A stretch of DNA of 63,523 nt from Nanobdellota archaeon (GCA_041305185.1 JBFYLW010000065.1:1-63523); one strand, 5' to 3'. Positions 46,831 to 56,428 are shown, counted from the first letter of the stretch. The notes: generated by a model not told the origin, from the letters alone. Made by a program: numbers and translations.

Positions 46831-47175
46831 ATGAATGAAAAAACAATTCTATACACGCAACGAGGATGCTATGCAATCTACAGTGATTCAAGCGAGATAT
46901 ACAGAGGAAAATCAAGAAACGGCTCTCCAATCGGGGCATGCATAGGCGCGGTTGAAAATACAAACTTTGAAGGCATAGAAGCAAACTCGCAAGGCGAGTT
47001 CATAGTTGACAAATCCATTCAAGGCAGGGTTTTAAGACAGTTAAGACAACTACCCATCCAAACATTCCAACATCCTGTCATCGCCGGACAAGAATTACTG
47101 ATGATACTCCCAGTTGTAACAAAAATAGAGTCAGGACAGGCGACCCGCGAGATAAGACTTGAAAAAAGAGTTTAA
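46831..47175 (+). CDS. Hypothetical protein
   Basis: ORF with no recognisable motifs. The start is uncertain (GTG 46822 or ATG 46831). Confidence 0.35.
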   Translation: MNEKTILYTQRGCYAIYSDSSEIYRGKSRNGSPIGACIGAVENTNFEGIEANSQGEFIVDKSIQGRVLRQLRQLPIQTFQHPVIAGQELLMILPVVTKIESGQATREIRLEKRV

Positions 47176-47516
47176 TGAATGTGGATGACATCTCCTAACT
47201 GGGTACCAGACTTCCAGATAGTCTCAGCAGGCAGTTCCAGCAAAAACATAAAAGATTTCTGAGGAGAAAAACTGCTCCAAGGAGGCCATTCAGGCTGAAG
47301 CTCAACAACCTCCCAGTTCTCGTCGAGAAAAACCAAATCAATGTTGTCCGGGCAGAACCAGGAATGCAAATTAACAATCTGCTCCTTAGAAAAACGAAAA
47401 ACCAAAGGAACAACTTTTTTCCTGAACATCATGCCCTTGGTCTGCTGCCAAAAAGAACGGCACTCCTCAAAAGAGTCAGCCAACACACTGTCCTTTGTTT
47501 TGTTGATTATCGGCAT
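47172..47516 (-). CDS. DUF192-family protein
   Basis: ...TKGMMFRKK...IDLVFLDENWEVV... matches the DUF192 G(L/M)MFR / (I)D(x)(x)F(x)D pattern. Confidence 0.6.
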   Translation of the reverse strand: MPIINKTKDSVLADSFEECRSFWQQTKGMMFRKKVVPLVFRFSKEQIVNLHSWFCPDNIDLVFLDENWEVVELQPEWPPWSSFSPQKSFMFLLELPAETIWKSGTQLGDVIHIH

Positions 47517-47532
47517 TATAGTATTTTTCCTT

Positions 47533-49245
47533 TTACCTTCTTAAAAATTTTTCCAATTTTTTCAACGGCCAAGTATTAATAACATCCTTAGCCTCTGCCC
47601 AACCACGCCTCGCCTGAGCAACACCGAATTTAATGAAACGCAAATGGTCAACAGAATGAGAATCAGTATCAATTGAAATCTTACAGCCAACCTCAATCGC
47701 CTTTCTGATATGCACGTCCTTCAAATCAAGACGGTCAGGATAAGAATTCACTTCCAACGCAATCCCCCTTTCCTTAGCGGCAACCGCAACCTTCTCAAAA
47801 TCAAAATCGTAAGGCTCACGACGGCCAATCAACCTGCCAGTCGGATGAGCAAAAATGTTCAAGTAAGGATTCTCAAAAGCCTTCAAAATACGCTTCGTCA
47901 TATCCTCACGTGAGGACTTAAAGCGCGAATGAACAGAAGCAACAACCAAATCAAGCTCTTTCAAGTATTTATCACTATAATCAAGAGAGCCGTCAGCTAA
48001 AATATCAACCTCAGAACCCTTCAAAATACGAATGCCAACTTTCTTCTGAACCCTATCAATTTCCTTCAAATATCTCACAAGACGCTTCTCATCCATGCCA
48101 TTAGCAATATGCTCGCTTTTTGAATGATCAGTAAACGCAACGTACTGGTAACCCATCTTCTCAGCAGTTCTCGCCATCTGCTCAATACTATACAAACCAT
48201 CACTCCAATTCGAATGAACGTGCAAATCACCCTTAATATCACCATAAGAAATCAAATCAGGCAATCTGTGCTTTTTAGCAGCCTCAATCTCGCCATGATT
48301 CTCCCTCAATTCAGGAGGAATCAAAGGCAAACCAAGCTTTGCATAAACCTCCCTCTCAGACCTGCCACAAACATACCGGTCTTTCTTGAACAAACCATAC
48401 TCTGACAGCTTGAAACCCTTCTTAATGGCAATCTGCCTGAGCACGATATTATGATCCTTACTGCCGGTAAAATACTGCAAAGCAGAACCAAAAGACCTCT
48501 CGTCAAGAACGCGGACATCGGACTGGATACCCTCAGACAAAATAACAGTGCTCTTAGTAAGACCTTTAGCAAGAACAACCTTGACCTCAGGCATCTTTGT
48601 GAAAAAGTCCATAACCTTCGCAGGCTTCTTGCTGATAACAAGAATATCAATATCACCAACAGTCTCGCTCATACGACGCAAGCTGCCAGCAGGCTCAACT
48701 CTCGCAACACCATCAACCCTTGACAAACGCTCAGCAATCTCCTGCGCAACAGGCAAAGCAACACCCAGCAAAGAACGCTCAGCACCTTTCTTAACGATTT
48801 CCAAACCACGCAAAATATCCTGCTCGCTCTTAATACCAAAACCAGCAAGCCTCCTCAACTTACCGGCCTTAGCAGCACGCTCAAGCTGCTCAACAGACTT
48901 AATCTTCAACTCCTTGTACAAACGCATAACCTTCTTAGGACCAAGACCAGGAACGCGCATCATCTCCTCAACACCCTCAGGAATCTTCTTCACAATCTGC
49001 AAAAATTCCTTCATCTTTCCAGTCCTCAAAAACTCCTCAATCTTCCCAGCAATACTTTGACCAACACCAGGAATGTCCATCAACGCCTTTATTCCGCCTG
49101 TAGCATAGAGTTTCTCAACAGGCTCACAAATTTCCAAAGCACGAGCAGCCTTACGATAAGCAGCAGGCTTCCAATCAATGCCCTGCATCTCCAGAACGTC
49201 AGCCATCTCGTAAAACATCTCAGCAATCTCACGATTTCGGGTCAT
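47533..49245 (-). CDS. polX: Family X DNA polymerase with C-terminal PHP phosphoesterase domain
   Basis: HhH segments (IPGVGQSIAGKI, VPGLGPKKV), the nucleotidyltransferase motif GSLRRMSETVGDIDILV, and PHP DLHVHSNWSDG. The start at MTRNREIAEMF is preferred. Confidence 0.85.
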   Translation of the reverse strand: MTRNREIAEMFYEMADVLEMQGIDWKPAAYRKAARALEICEPVEKLYATGGIKALMDIPGVGQSIAGKIEEFLRTGKMKEFLQIVKKIPEGVEEMMRVPGLGPKKVMRLYKELKIKSVEQLERAAKAGKLRRLAGFGIKSEQDILRGLEIVKKGAERSLLGVALPVAQEIAERLSRVDGVARVEPAGSLRRMSETVGDIDILVISKKPAKVMDFFTKMPEVKVVLAKGLTKSTVILSEGIQSDVRVLDERSFGSALQYFTGSKDHNIVLRQIAIKKGFKLSEYGLFKKDRYVCGRSEREVYAKLGLPLIPPELRENHGEIEAAKKHRLPDLISYGDIKGDLHVHSNWSDGLYSIEQMARTAEKMGYQYVAFTDHSKSEHIANGMDEKRLVRYLKEIDRVQKKVGIRILKGSEVDILADGSLDYSDKYLKELDLVVASVHSRFKSSREDMTKRILKAFENPYLNIFAHPTGRLIGRREPYDFDFEKVAVAAKERGIALEVNSYPDRLDLKDVHIRKAIEVGCKISIDTDSHSVDHLRFIKFGVAQARRGWAEAKDVINTWPLKKLEKFLRR

Positions 49246-49636
49246 GCAAAAACTCACCTGCCTTTTTCAAAACCTCTTTAGCATTATCATAAGTAAGCTT
49301 AGCCAAAGCATCATTAAAAGAAAGCCAGATAAAATCCTTGTGCTCGTGCGACAAAACAACTTTGCTGGTCCTTGTCTTGGCAACAAAAAAAACAACCTCC
49401 TTAGAAATAAGCTGACCCTCTTTCCTGAAAAAATAACGAATGCCTGCGGAAAAACCAGGCAAAAGTTCAGCATCAACAATGCCGGTTTCCTCCTTTAACT
49501 CTCTTAAAGCAGCCTGCTCAGCAGACTCATCCTTCTCAATATGACCCTTAGGAAAATCCCAATGACCTGCATCGTAAAGAAGCAACAAAAACTTGCCATC
49601 ATTAACAACAACAACACCAGCACATCTCTCTTGCAT
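49229..49636 (-). CDS. NUDIX hydrolase (Ap4A-hydrolase-like)
   Basis: Nudix box GHWDFPKGHIEKDESAEQAALRELKEETG. It overlaps the polX start by 17 nt. Confidence 0.8.
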   Translation of the reverse strand: MQERCAGVVVVNDGKFLLLLYDAGHWDFPKGHIEKDESAEQAALRELKEETGIVDAELLPGFSAGIRYFFRKEGQLISKEVVFFVAKTRTSKVVLSHEHKDFIWLSFNDALAKLTYDNAKEVLKKAGEFLHDPKS

Positions 49637-49711
49637 ACATAAACAATTATGTTGTAATATTTAAACGCTTTCACAATAAAGCTTATAAAGGGCTTGCTGG
49701 AAAAATATATT

Positions 49712-50587
49712 ATGAAATACTTACCATTAATCGTGGCAATATTACTCGTTCTTGCAGCATGCGCTCAAGAAACGACTAAAGACAGCAAAGCAAAAGAAAT
49801 AGCAGACCAACTCAAAGAACAGGCAACAGAAGAACAGCCAGAAACAACAACACAGCCAGAGACAACGCCAGAAATAGTGGAAGTAGAAGAAAAACCTGTT
49901 GAACAACCTCCAGCAGAAAATACAACGACAGAAGCCAAAGAGGAAGTGAAAGAAGAAACAATATCAACAGCCAAACCAACACGAATGTACAAGTTCCTTG
50001 ACAAATTCGCAAAAGTAACAGGATACCGATTCATGTACAAAGGAGACAGATATTTTGTGAAAGGAACAACATACAAGATAATACTAAACGTTCCCAGAAC
50101 AGTAAAAGACGTATCATTCGGAGACATCAAGAAAAACATGTTCTATTACGACACAGTATACGTAGACAGAGCAAACAAGAACGCAATAGCATACTGCGAA
50201 GGGCAAACAAGCCAGTTAAACAGACAATGCTCGCAACTGGAAATATTTGATTTAGGATATCCAGTATCATTCACAGAATACGATGCAACACTCCCAGAAG
50301 ACTGGCTGTTCTCATACCTTGACAAAGAACCAGCATTCCTAGAAGAAAACAAATACCACCTTGAAGGCGGAAGAATAGTAACGCTGGCCAAATTTGACGA
50401 AATTCCTGCAGTAGAACTAAACATAGACCCTGCAACAGGAATTGTGATGAGAGCAGACAAAAGAAAAGGAGATATACTGGTAGCAAGGTACGACTATGAA
50501 GAATATGCGCCAAACGTAGTCAGAGACGTAGATGTTATACACAGAAGCAAAAGTGACATACCAACAAGCGAAACATTCTATAAATAG
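49712..50587 (+). CDS. Putative lipoprotein with an acidic Thr/Glu/Pro-rich linker
   Basis: MKYLPLIVAILLVLAAC lipobox-like, followed by the low-complexity EQPETTTQPETTPE. Confidence 0.6.
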   Translation: MKYLPLIVAILLVLAACAQETTKDSKAKEIADQLKEQATEEQPETTTQPETTPEIVEVEEKPVEQPPAENTTTEAKEEVKEETISTAKPTRMYKFLDKFAKVTGYRFMYKGDRYFVKGTTYKIILNVPRTVKDVSFGDIKKNMFYYDTVYVDRANKNAIAYCEGQTSQLNRQCSQLEIFDLGYPVSFTEYDATLPEDWLFSYLDKEPAFLEENKYHLEGGRIVTLAKFDEIPAVELNIDPATGIVMRADKRKGDILVARYDYEEYAPNVVRDVDVIHRSKSDIPTSETFYK

Positions 50588-50767
50588 ATTTTTTACTTTT
50601 TATTATTACTTTCCTTTATGAATTAACATAGTGAAACCAAGAAAAAGATTTCTCCCTGCATAAAAGAGCTTCCTGATAATGGATAAAAAGAATAAAACTG
50701 TCTTTTAAACCAATTAAAAGCCATTACAAACAAAAGGTTTTTATAACAAATCAGGTTCAAAAACACC

Positions 50768-51166
50768 ATGCACAAAGAAGAGTTTGAAAGGGATATGGAA
50801 GAATACCTGCACGCGAGAAAAAGAGCAGGATTCAACTTAAAAGACATACTTAAAAAATTCCTTCCAGAAAAGAAAAAAGAACACGTAGAACTGCCAGAAC
50901 AAGTAGAGGTTTACGAAGAAGAGGCAAAAACAGAGCCAAAAGAAGGAATGCTGGCAAAACTATTCAAAAAAGAAGAACCACTAAACGAAGAACTGCTAAG
51001 AACAAAAATGCAAGTAGAAGACATGTCCGGCGACATGAAAGAAATATCAAAAATAGCACTATCCGTGGTAAAACAGCTTCCAGACGAACAATTAAGAACC
51101 TTCAAAGAATCACCAGACTTTGAAAAACTCAAGATAATTCTCAAAAAACACGACCTAATCAAATAA
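50768..51166 (+). CDS. Lys/Glu-rich hypothetical protein
   Basis: 132-aa ORF with native composition and no motifs. Confidence 0.4.
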   Translation: MHKEEFERDMEEYLHARKRAGFNLKDILKKFLPEKKKEHVELPEQVEVYEEEAKTEPKEGMLAKLFKKEEPLNEELLRTKMQVEDMSGDMKEISKIALSVVKQLPDEQLRTFKESPDFEKLKIILKKHDLIK

Positions 51167-52039
51167 ACGCGCAAATTCCTGTTCAAACTCCTGAGCAATC
51201 CCAGAATCACGAATAATCATAACATTCTCGTCATTCTGCTCATTGCCGTTTTTTGTGGGATTGTAACTGCCAGTGATGACAGTATGTCCGTCAACAATAA
51301 ACACCTTGTGATGAACCTTAACAATCTTGGAGACGCTCTTTAGTTTCTCATACTCGCTATACTTATCCTTCCTCGGATCAAAGATGCCTTTCACACCAAC
51401 ACCTTCGTCTATTTTTTCAAGAAGCAGAGAGCTGATATCATCATCAGTGAAAGAGTACGCCATAAAATGAATAGATGTTTTTGCATCACGAAGAACACTC
51501 AAAACATGAGACTGACAATCATCCTCAGGACAAAAATAACTTTCAACAAGATTGCCATTCAATTTAACAAGACCAGGAGAGGAATCACCGCCATGAAACA
51601 CCCCGCTGTAAAGCTCATCAAATTCTGCCTGATAAGCCCTTGCCAAAGTCTTACTCTGAACAAAAACAACATTATTAGCAATAGACATCTCCTGAGCAGG
51701 ATTCCAGGAACCAGTCCAAACAAACTCGTTATTGATAACACAAAACTTATTGTGCATCAAACCCCCTCCATACTCCTTAACAGCACCCTTAAGAGGATGC
51801 TCACCATCAACAACCAGCCTAGCATTCCTAGCTTCCAAAACCTCAAAAAAAGGCTCATTAGCATGATAAAACGCACAATCAAGGGAACTGGCATTATCGG
51901 TCTTTTCAATGAAGACCTGCCTGCAATCAACCTGATCGCAAAAATAAGCCTCAATAGAGCCGGTTTCCTCAGGAATATGCACTACAAGACCGGTAATACA
52001 GGCAGAAAGCAAGAACAGCAAAACAGCCCATTTACTCAT
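51155..52039 (-). CDS. Phospholipase D-family protein (two HKD motifs) with an N-terminal signal/anchor
   Basis: HNKFCVINNEFVWTGSWNP and HHKVFIVDGHTVITGSYNPT. Hydrophobic N-terminus MSKWAVLLFLLSACITG. Confidence 0.8.
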   Translation of the reverse strand: MSKWAVLLFLLSACITGLVVHIPEETGSIEAYFCDQVDCRQVFIEKTDNASSLDCAFYHANEPFFEVLEARNARLVVDGEHPLKGAVKEYGGGLMHNKFCVINNEFVWTGSWNPAQEMSIANNVVFVQSKTLARAYQAEFDELYSGVFHGGDSSPGLVKLNGNLVESYFCPEDDCQSHVLSVLRDAKTSIHFMAYSFTDDDISSLLLEKIDEGVGVKGIFDPRKDKYSEYEKLKSVSKIVKVHHKVFIVDGHTVITGSYNPTKNGNEQNDENVMIIRDSGIAQEFEQEFARLFD

Positions 52040-52205
52040 AGAACCCTTTATAAAGAGCCCCTCTATAATCCTTCTGTTGCCACTCCGTAGTAGTCGAAAA
52101 GCGAAAGATTTAAATATGTCATATACTATACGAGAGTAGTAACAGGGGTGTAAGAGGCGATAAGCATTCTTATACCTTGTAACGATTTCAAAATCACCTC
52201 TTTTT

Positions 52206-52238
52206 CCCTCGCAGGCGTCCGCAAGGGCGTCTGCAGGG
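52206..52238. other. GC-rich 14-bp stem-loop with one bulge; the loop is GCAA on the + strand
   Basis: ccct(c)gcaggcgtcc-gcaa-gggcgtctgcaggg lies just downstream of the Lon-like gene stop (52247). It stands out in a G-poor context. Confidence 0.5.
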
Positions 52239-52246
52239 TTTAAAAA

Positions 52247-53986
52247 CTACCTTCTAGATGAACGTCTTTTCCTGCCTTTTTCAGACTTTTTAGAACTCCT
52301 TGTAAGAAGCAAAACAAAAATTCCGCCAAGACCAAAACCAACAACAAAAACAAACAAAGCAGGAGGAATAGAGAATTTCTCAACAACAGGCAATACAGGC
52401 TTTTTTTCCTGAAAATAAATATCCAAATTCGACAATTCCAAAGCATACTCAGTAAACAACAGACAGGAAACCCTGTCAAAACTCCTCAAAGATTTAGCAT
52501 ACTCATAATAACTATACGCAATAATAGGGAAAATGTTCTTTTGCTGAGCCTTAATCAAAGCCTGCCGGGTAATCTCAAGCTTCAAATCAATAACCTCATC
52601 AAAACGAGACTCCTCAACACCCATCAAGCCAAGAACAACATCAGCCTCTGACTTTGCCTTAGAAGCAACATAAAGACACATAATATAATCACCGTTATTC
52701 AAAAGACCATAAGACTTGTCAATATCATCCCTAGTAGCATCAAGCGCTTCAGGAATCATGCTCTTAACATAATTATAACGCTCCTCAGCCTCAGAAATCT
52801 TGGAAATGCAAACAGACTTCAAATCCTCAGTATTAATAACAAAAGTCTGATTGCCATTAAAAAACCTCGCCCAAGTAATACCAGAAAACAAGCGCTCCTC
52901 AGCATAACCAAGCTCGCCAGCCATATCCGTCTCATTTTTATCAAGAGCTTCAGAAACAACAGCCAAAGAATCCTCAGCCTCACCAATACGCTCCATAACA
53001 GCCATGAACGTTTGAACGTCACCCAAACTTGAAACATTCCTACCATTAAACTTCTTCTTAACCGCTTCAGTCTCATGCTTCAACAAGTCAACCTTTTCCA
53101 ACAATTGCTCCTTAGAAAAATTCTGCTCCTCATACCAAGCACGCTTGTACTCAACATTAGCACGGAAACAATAAGAAGCAGAAGCATAAAATGCACCATC
53201 CAACTGTTCCTTCGCAGCCCGCTCAGTATAATTTGCGACCTGCGTCATATTCGCCTTAATCGGCACAGAAAGATAATCCTTAGTACGCTGACACAAATCA
53301 TTAGAAACATCACGCATAATCCTCTGATAACGCTCCTCAATATTCAACGAATCACTGCCACGATACTGCGGAAAACCAAGAGAAAGCTCCAAAGCATCAC
53401 CAAGAGTGGAAACCTCCATAACAGTCAAATTCAATCCCCTGCCAAACTCAACAAGATCAGTAGTCACATTATTCTCCTTAGAATCCTTTGTGCCCGCAGG
53501 CAAATAAACAGTCCTAATGCTATTATTAGCAGCAGCCATAACCTTATACTTCAAACCACCAACAGGACCAATAATCCCGCCGCTATTGATAGTCCCAGTC
53601 ATAGCAACATCCTGAGGAACAGTCTTATTCAAAAGCAAAGCCGCAGTCAAAAAAGCAGCAGCACTACCAGCACTCGGACCACCAACAATACCCGGCATAG
53701 CACGAATCGTAAACAAGAAATCATACTTAGAACAATCAACTTCAACCTGCTTACAAGCAACCTGCTGAGCAAAACGCAAAGACGCCTGAGTAGTAACCTT
53801 AGTCATAGGATAAGTCGCCAAAAAAACGCGCTCACTACCCGGACGCAATTCCAGATTAAGATTAGCAACAGTGCCAGACTTGCCAGCCTCACTCTCCATC
53901 AAAGCAAGCAAGGTAATATTACCCGAGTTAATAACATTCGCAACTACTACAGTAGAAAGCAAAAGAAAAATAATCACCCATTTCAT
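52247..53986 (-). CDS. Membrane-anchored Lon-like S16 serine protease without an AAA+ module
   Basis: Signal/anchor at the N-terminus. Lon proteolytic domain ...GIVGGPSAGSAAAFLTAALLL...AMTGTINSGGIIGPVGGLKYKV (Ser-Lys dyad regions). C-terminal TM helix and a basic tail. Confidence 0.75.
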   Translation of the reverse strand: MKWVIIFLLLSTVVVANVINSGNITLLALMESEAGKSGTVANLNLELRPGSERVFLATYPMTKVTTQASLRFAQQVACKQVEVDCSKYDFLFTIRAMPGIVGGPSAGSAAAFLTAALLLNKTVPQDVAMTGTINSGGIIGPVGGLKYKVMAAANNSIRTVYLPAGTKDSKENNVTTDLVEFGRGLNLTVMEVSTLGDALELSLGFPQYRGSDSLNIEERYQRIMRDVSNDLCQRTKDYLSVPIKANMTQVANYTERAAKEQLDGAFYASASYCFRANVEYKRAWYEEQNFSKEQLLEKVDLLKHETEAVKKKFNGRNVSSLGDVQTFMAVMERIGEAEDSLAVVSEALDKNETDMAGELGYAEERLFSGITWARFFNGNQTFVINTEDLKSVCISKISEAEERYNYVKSMIPEALDATRDDIDKSYGLLNNGDYIMCLYVASKAKSEADVVLGLMGVEESRFDEVIDLKLEITRQALIKAQQKNIFPIIAYSYYEYAKSLRSFDRVSCLLFTEYALELSNLDIYFQEKKPVLPVVEKFSIPPALFVFVVGFGLGGIFVLLLTRSSKKSEKGRKRRSSRR

Positions 53987-54025
53987 GAAAACAAAAACAT
54001 CATACCCATTTAAGAACTTTTGTTT

Positions 54026-54093
54026 TTTTCAGCACTCTTTTTTGCAGTCTGGTTCGGATTATTAATACGCTCAATATTTCTGCACTTAGGAAA
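54026..54093. repeat. Orphan copy of the 68-bp topA 3'-end segment
   Basis: Identical by eye to 54228-54295. The minus-strand reading continues ...AEKNKSS* to the stop at 54010-54012. Confidence 0.9.
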
Positions 54094-54227
54094 CAAACTT
54101 TTCAAAAAAGTTTGATCAAAACTGCTTTTTGTTCGTGACTCGAGAAGCAATTCATAAATGCTTGCGTTGCAAGCATGTTTAAGACTCTTCTCTCGCACTC
54201 ACAATGTCGCAAACTCAGGCTTTGCCC
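54094..54227 (+). mobile_element. 134-bp hairpin-rich non-coding insert (family member T)
   Basis: Bracketed by the 68-bp duplication. Hairpins are aaactttt-caa-aaaagttt (54095-54113) and atgcttgc-gtt-gcaagcat (54158-54176), with the palindrome tttgatcaaa. It is collinear with 62210-62393. Confidence 0.6.
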
Positions 54228-56428
54228 TTTTCAGCACTCTTTTTTGCAGTCTGGTTCGGATTATTAATACGCTCAATATTTCTGCACTTAGGAAAACGAT
54301 TGCAAGCAAGGAAACTACCATAAACAGACTTACGCACGACCATTTTACCCTCCTTACACTTAGGACAAGGCTTCTCTGCAGTCGCAGGAACAGCCTTACT
54401 AGGACAGTCAAGATTAATACAGACCTCCTGAGGACGCTTGGCTTTGCGAATAATCTTAATCATAGGAAACTTGCAATGAGGACACAAGTTATGAGTAACC
54501 TCAATCAATCCAGAAGAAGGAAGCTTGAAAGTAGTCTTACACTCAGGATACTTGTCACAAGCAATAAACCTGCCAAACTTTCCAAAACGCAAAGTAAGAG
54601 CGCCAGACTTGCAGGCAGGACACTGACCAACAGTCGTCAAAGTAGCCCTAGTCTCACCAAAAGTCTTCTTTAACTCCTCACCAACAATTTTTTCCTTAGA
54701 CTTAAACTCAGAAAGCATTTTCACAAGAACAGTCTTTGCCTCATCAAGAATCTCATCACGATGCTTCTTACCCTCACGAATAGACTCCATATCAATCTCA
54801 AAATGCCTGGTAAGCTCCTCATCCAAAATAGCAGGCGAGTGCTTCTCAAGAATAATAATAATCTCCATACCCAGCTGAGTAACAGTAAAAGACTCACCAG
54901 TAACATAATTACGCCTCTTCAAAGTCTCCACAATCTCAGCACGAGTAGCCTTTGTGCCTAAGTTCCTCTTCTCAAGCTCGCGAATCAAGCTTGCAGGCGT
55001 GTACCTCTTAGGAGGCTGGGTTTGCTCATCATGCAAAACAAACTTCTTGACAGAAATCTCATCGCCCTCCTCCATCTTAGGCAATTCCTCTTCCTCAAGC
55101 TTCACATAAGGAGCATAGAAAATATGCCAGTTCTTCTCAACAGTGCGAGTGCCCTTTGCAACAAAAATTTCCGTATTAACATCAATCCTTGCAATAACAG
55201 TCTCACGAATAGCAGGAGTGCCAAAAACAGAAAAGAAGCGCTTCACAACCAAATCATAAACCTTAGCCTGCCTGTTTTCCAAACTCTTCGGCAAAATACC
55301 AGTAGGAAAAATAGCCGGGTGAGCAGGATCAGTCTTCTTGCCATTATTCGGAACCAACTTATCCTTCTTCAACAACAAATTAGCAAGCTCTGCAAATTCA
55401 GGATGCCTGGCCAAACCCTTCAAAATCTTCTGAAAACCAATACTAGGAGGCAATTCCTGCGAACTAGTACGCGGATAAGAAATCCAACCATTAGTATACA
55501 ATTCCTGAGCAATAGACAAAGTAACACTCGGATTAAGACCAAAACAACGATACGCCTCTGTCTGCAAACTCGTAAGATCAAAAGGAACAGGAGGATTCTG
55601 ATGGAATTGCCCTTTCTTAACCTGAGCAACCTTACCCTTCTTCTTATCCTGCACCTTGCCCATCACGGCAACAGCCTTATCCTTTTCCCAGAACTTATCA
55701 GCCTCATGCCAAGCAACAAGAGACTCACTCTTAGCCTTAGCCTGAAGCTCAATCATCCAATAAGGCACAGGCTTGAAAGCAAGAATCTCACGCTCCCTGT
55801 CAGCAAGAATCTTCAAAGCAGGACCCTGAACACGACCAGTGCTCAAAATCTTGAACATACCAGCATTCTTAATCGCGCTCGTCAACGCCCTTGACAAATT
55901 AATACCATAATAAAAATCCAAAAAGTGACGAGTCTCACCAGCCTCTGCCTGACCCCAATCCAGATGAGCAGAAGCCTTCTCATAAGCCTCAACAAGATCC
56001 TCCTTAGTCAAAGTCGAAAACTTCAAACGATGAGCATCATTCTTATTACAAACAAAACGAACAATATTCAATCCAATAACTTCGCCCTCAACATCGTAGT
56101 CAGTTGCCACAGAAACACTTGAAGCACCCTTAGCAAGCTTTTTCAAAGCATCCAAATACTTCTTAGTAAAAGCAGAATTCTTGTTAATCGTACACGTAGG
56201 CACCCACTCAATATCAAAAACAGGATAAGCAAAACCCTTGGACTTAGTCTTCTCAGCCAAACCAAACAAGTGACCAACAGCACAGCCAACAACAATATCC
56301 TTCTTACCATGCTTAAGCTCATAATAAGGAATACCCTTAATGTCCTTTTTTGATGGAGACCCATCAGCCAAAGCCTCTGCAATACGCTTGGCGGCATCAG
56401 GTTTTTCAGAAACGATTAATTCGTACAT
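54215..56428 (-). CDS. topA: Type IA DNA topoisomerase I with C-terminal Zn-ribbon repeats
   Basis: N-terminal Toprim MYELIVSEKPDAAKRIA...; repeated CPxC...C(x)C zinc ribbons (CPACKSG, CPHCKFP, CPKCKEG). The last 4 codons plus the stop come from the insert. Confidence 0.9.
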   Translation of the reverse strand: MYELIVSEKPDAAKRIAEALADGSPSKKDIKGIPYYELKHGKKDIVVGCAVGHLFGLAEKTKSKGFAYPVFDIEWVPTCTINKNSAFTKKYLDALKKLAKGASSVSVATDYDVEGEVIGLNIVRFVCNKNDAHRLKFSTLTKEDLVEAYEKASAHLDWGQAEAGETRHFLDFYYGINLSRALTSAIKNAGMFKILSTGRVQGPALKILADREREILAFKPVPYWMIELQAKAKSESLVAWHEADKFWEKDKAVAVMGKVQDKKKGKVAQVKKGQFHQNPPVPFDLTSLQTEAYRCFGLNPSVTLSIAQELYTNGWISYPRTSSQELPPSIGFQKILKGLARHPEFAELANLLLKKDKLVPNNGKKTDPAHPAIFPTGILPKSLENRQAKVYDLVVKRFFSVFGTPAIRETVIARIDVNTEIFVAKGTRTVEKNWHIFYAPYVKLEEEELPKMEEGDEISVKKFVLHDEQTQPPKRYTPASLIRELEKRNLGTKATRAEIVETLKRRNYVTGESFTVTQLGMEIIIILEKHSPAILDEELTRHFEIDMESIREGKKHRDEILDEAKTVLVKMLSEFKSKEKIVGEELKKTFGETRATLTTVGQCPACKSGALTLRFGKFGRFIACDKYPECKTTFKLPSSGLIEVTHNLCPHCKFPMIKIIRKAKRPQEVCINLDCPSKAVPATAEKPCPKCKEGKMVVRKSVYGSFLACNRFPKCRNIERINNPNQTAKKSAEKGKA

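Noticed and set aside
54010-54198. 62-aa minus-strand ORF downstream of topA.
   Set aside because: It is produced by the orphan 68-bp topA copy read together with the insert. Its C-terminus simply repeats the original topA tail, so it is not an independent gene.
54094-54227. Known small self-cleaving ribozyme (hammerhead, twister or HDV-like) or a BHB intron in the hairpin inserts.
   Set aside because: I could not find the CUGAUGA...GAAA hammerhead core or other recognisable catalytic cores. A splicing element would not explain the flanking target duplications. This was only a check by eye, so a covariance-model scan is still worthwhile.
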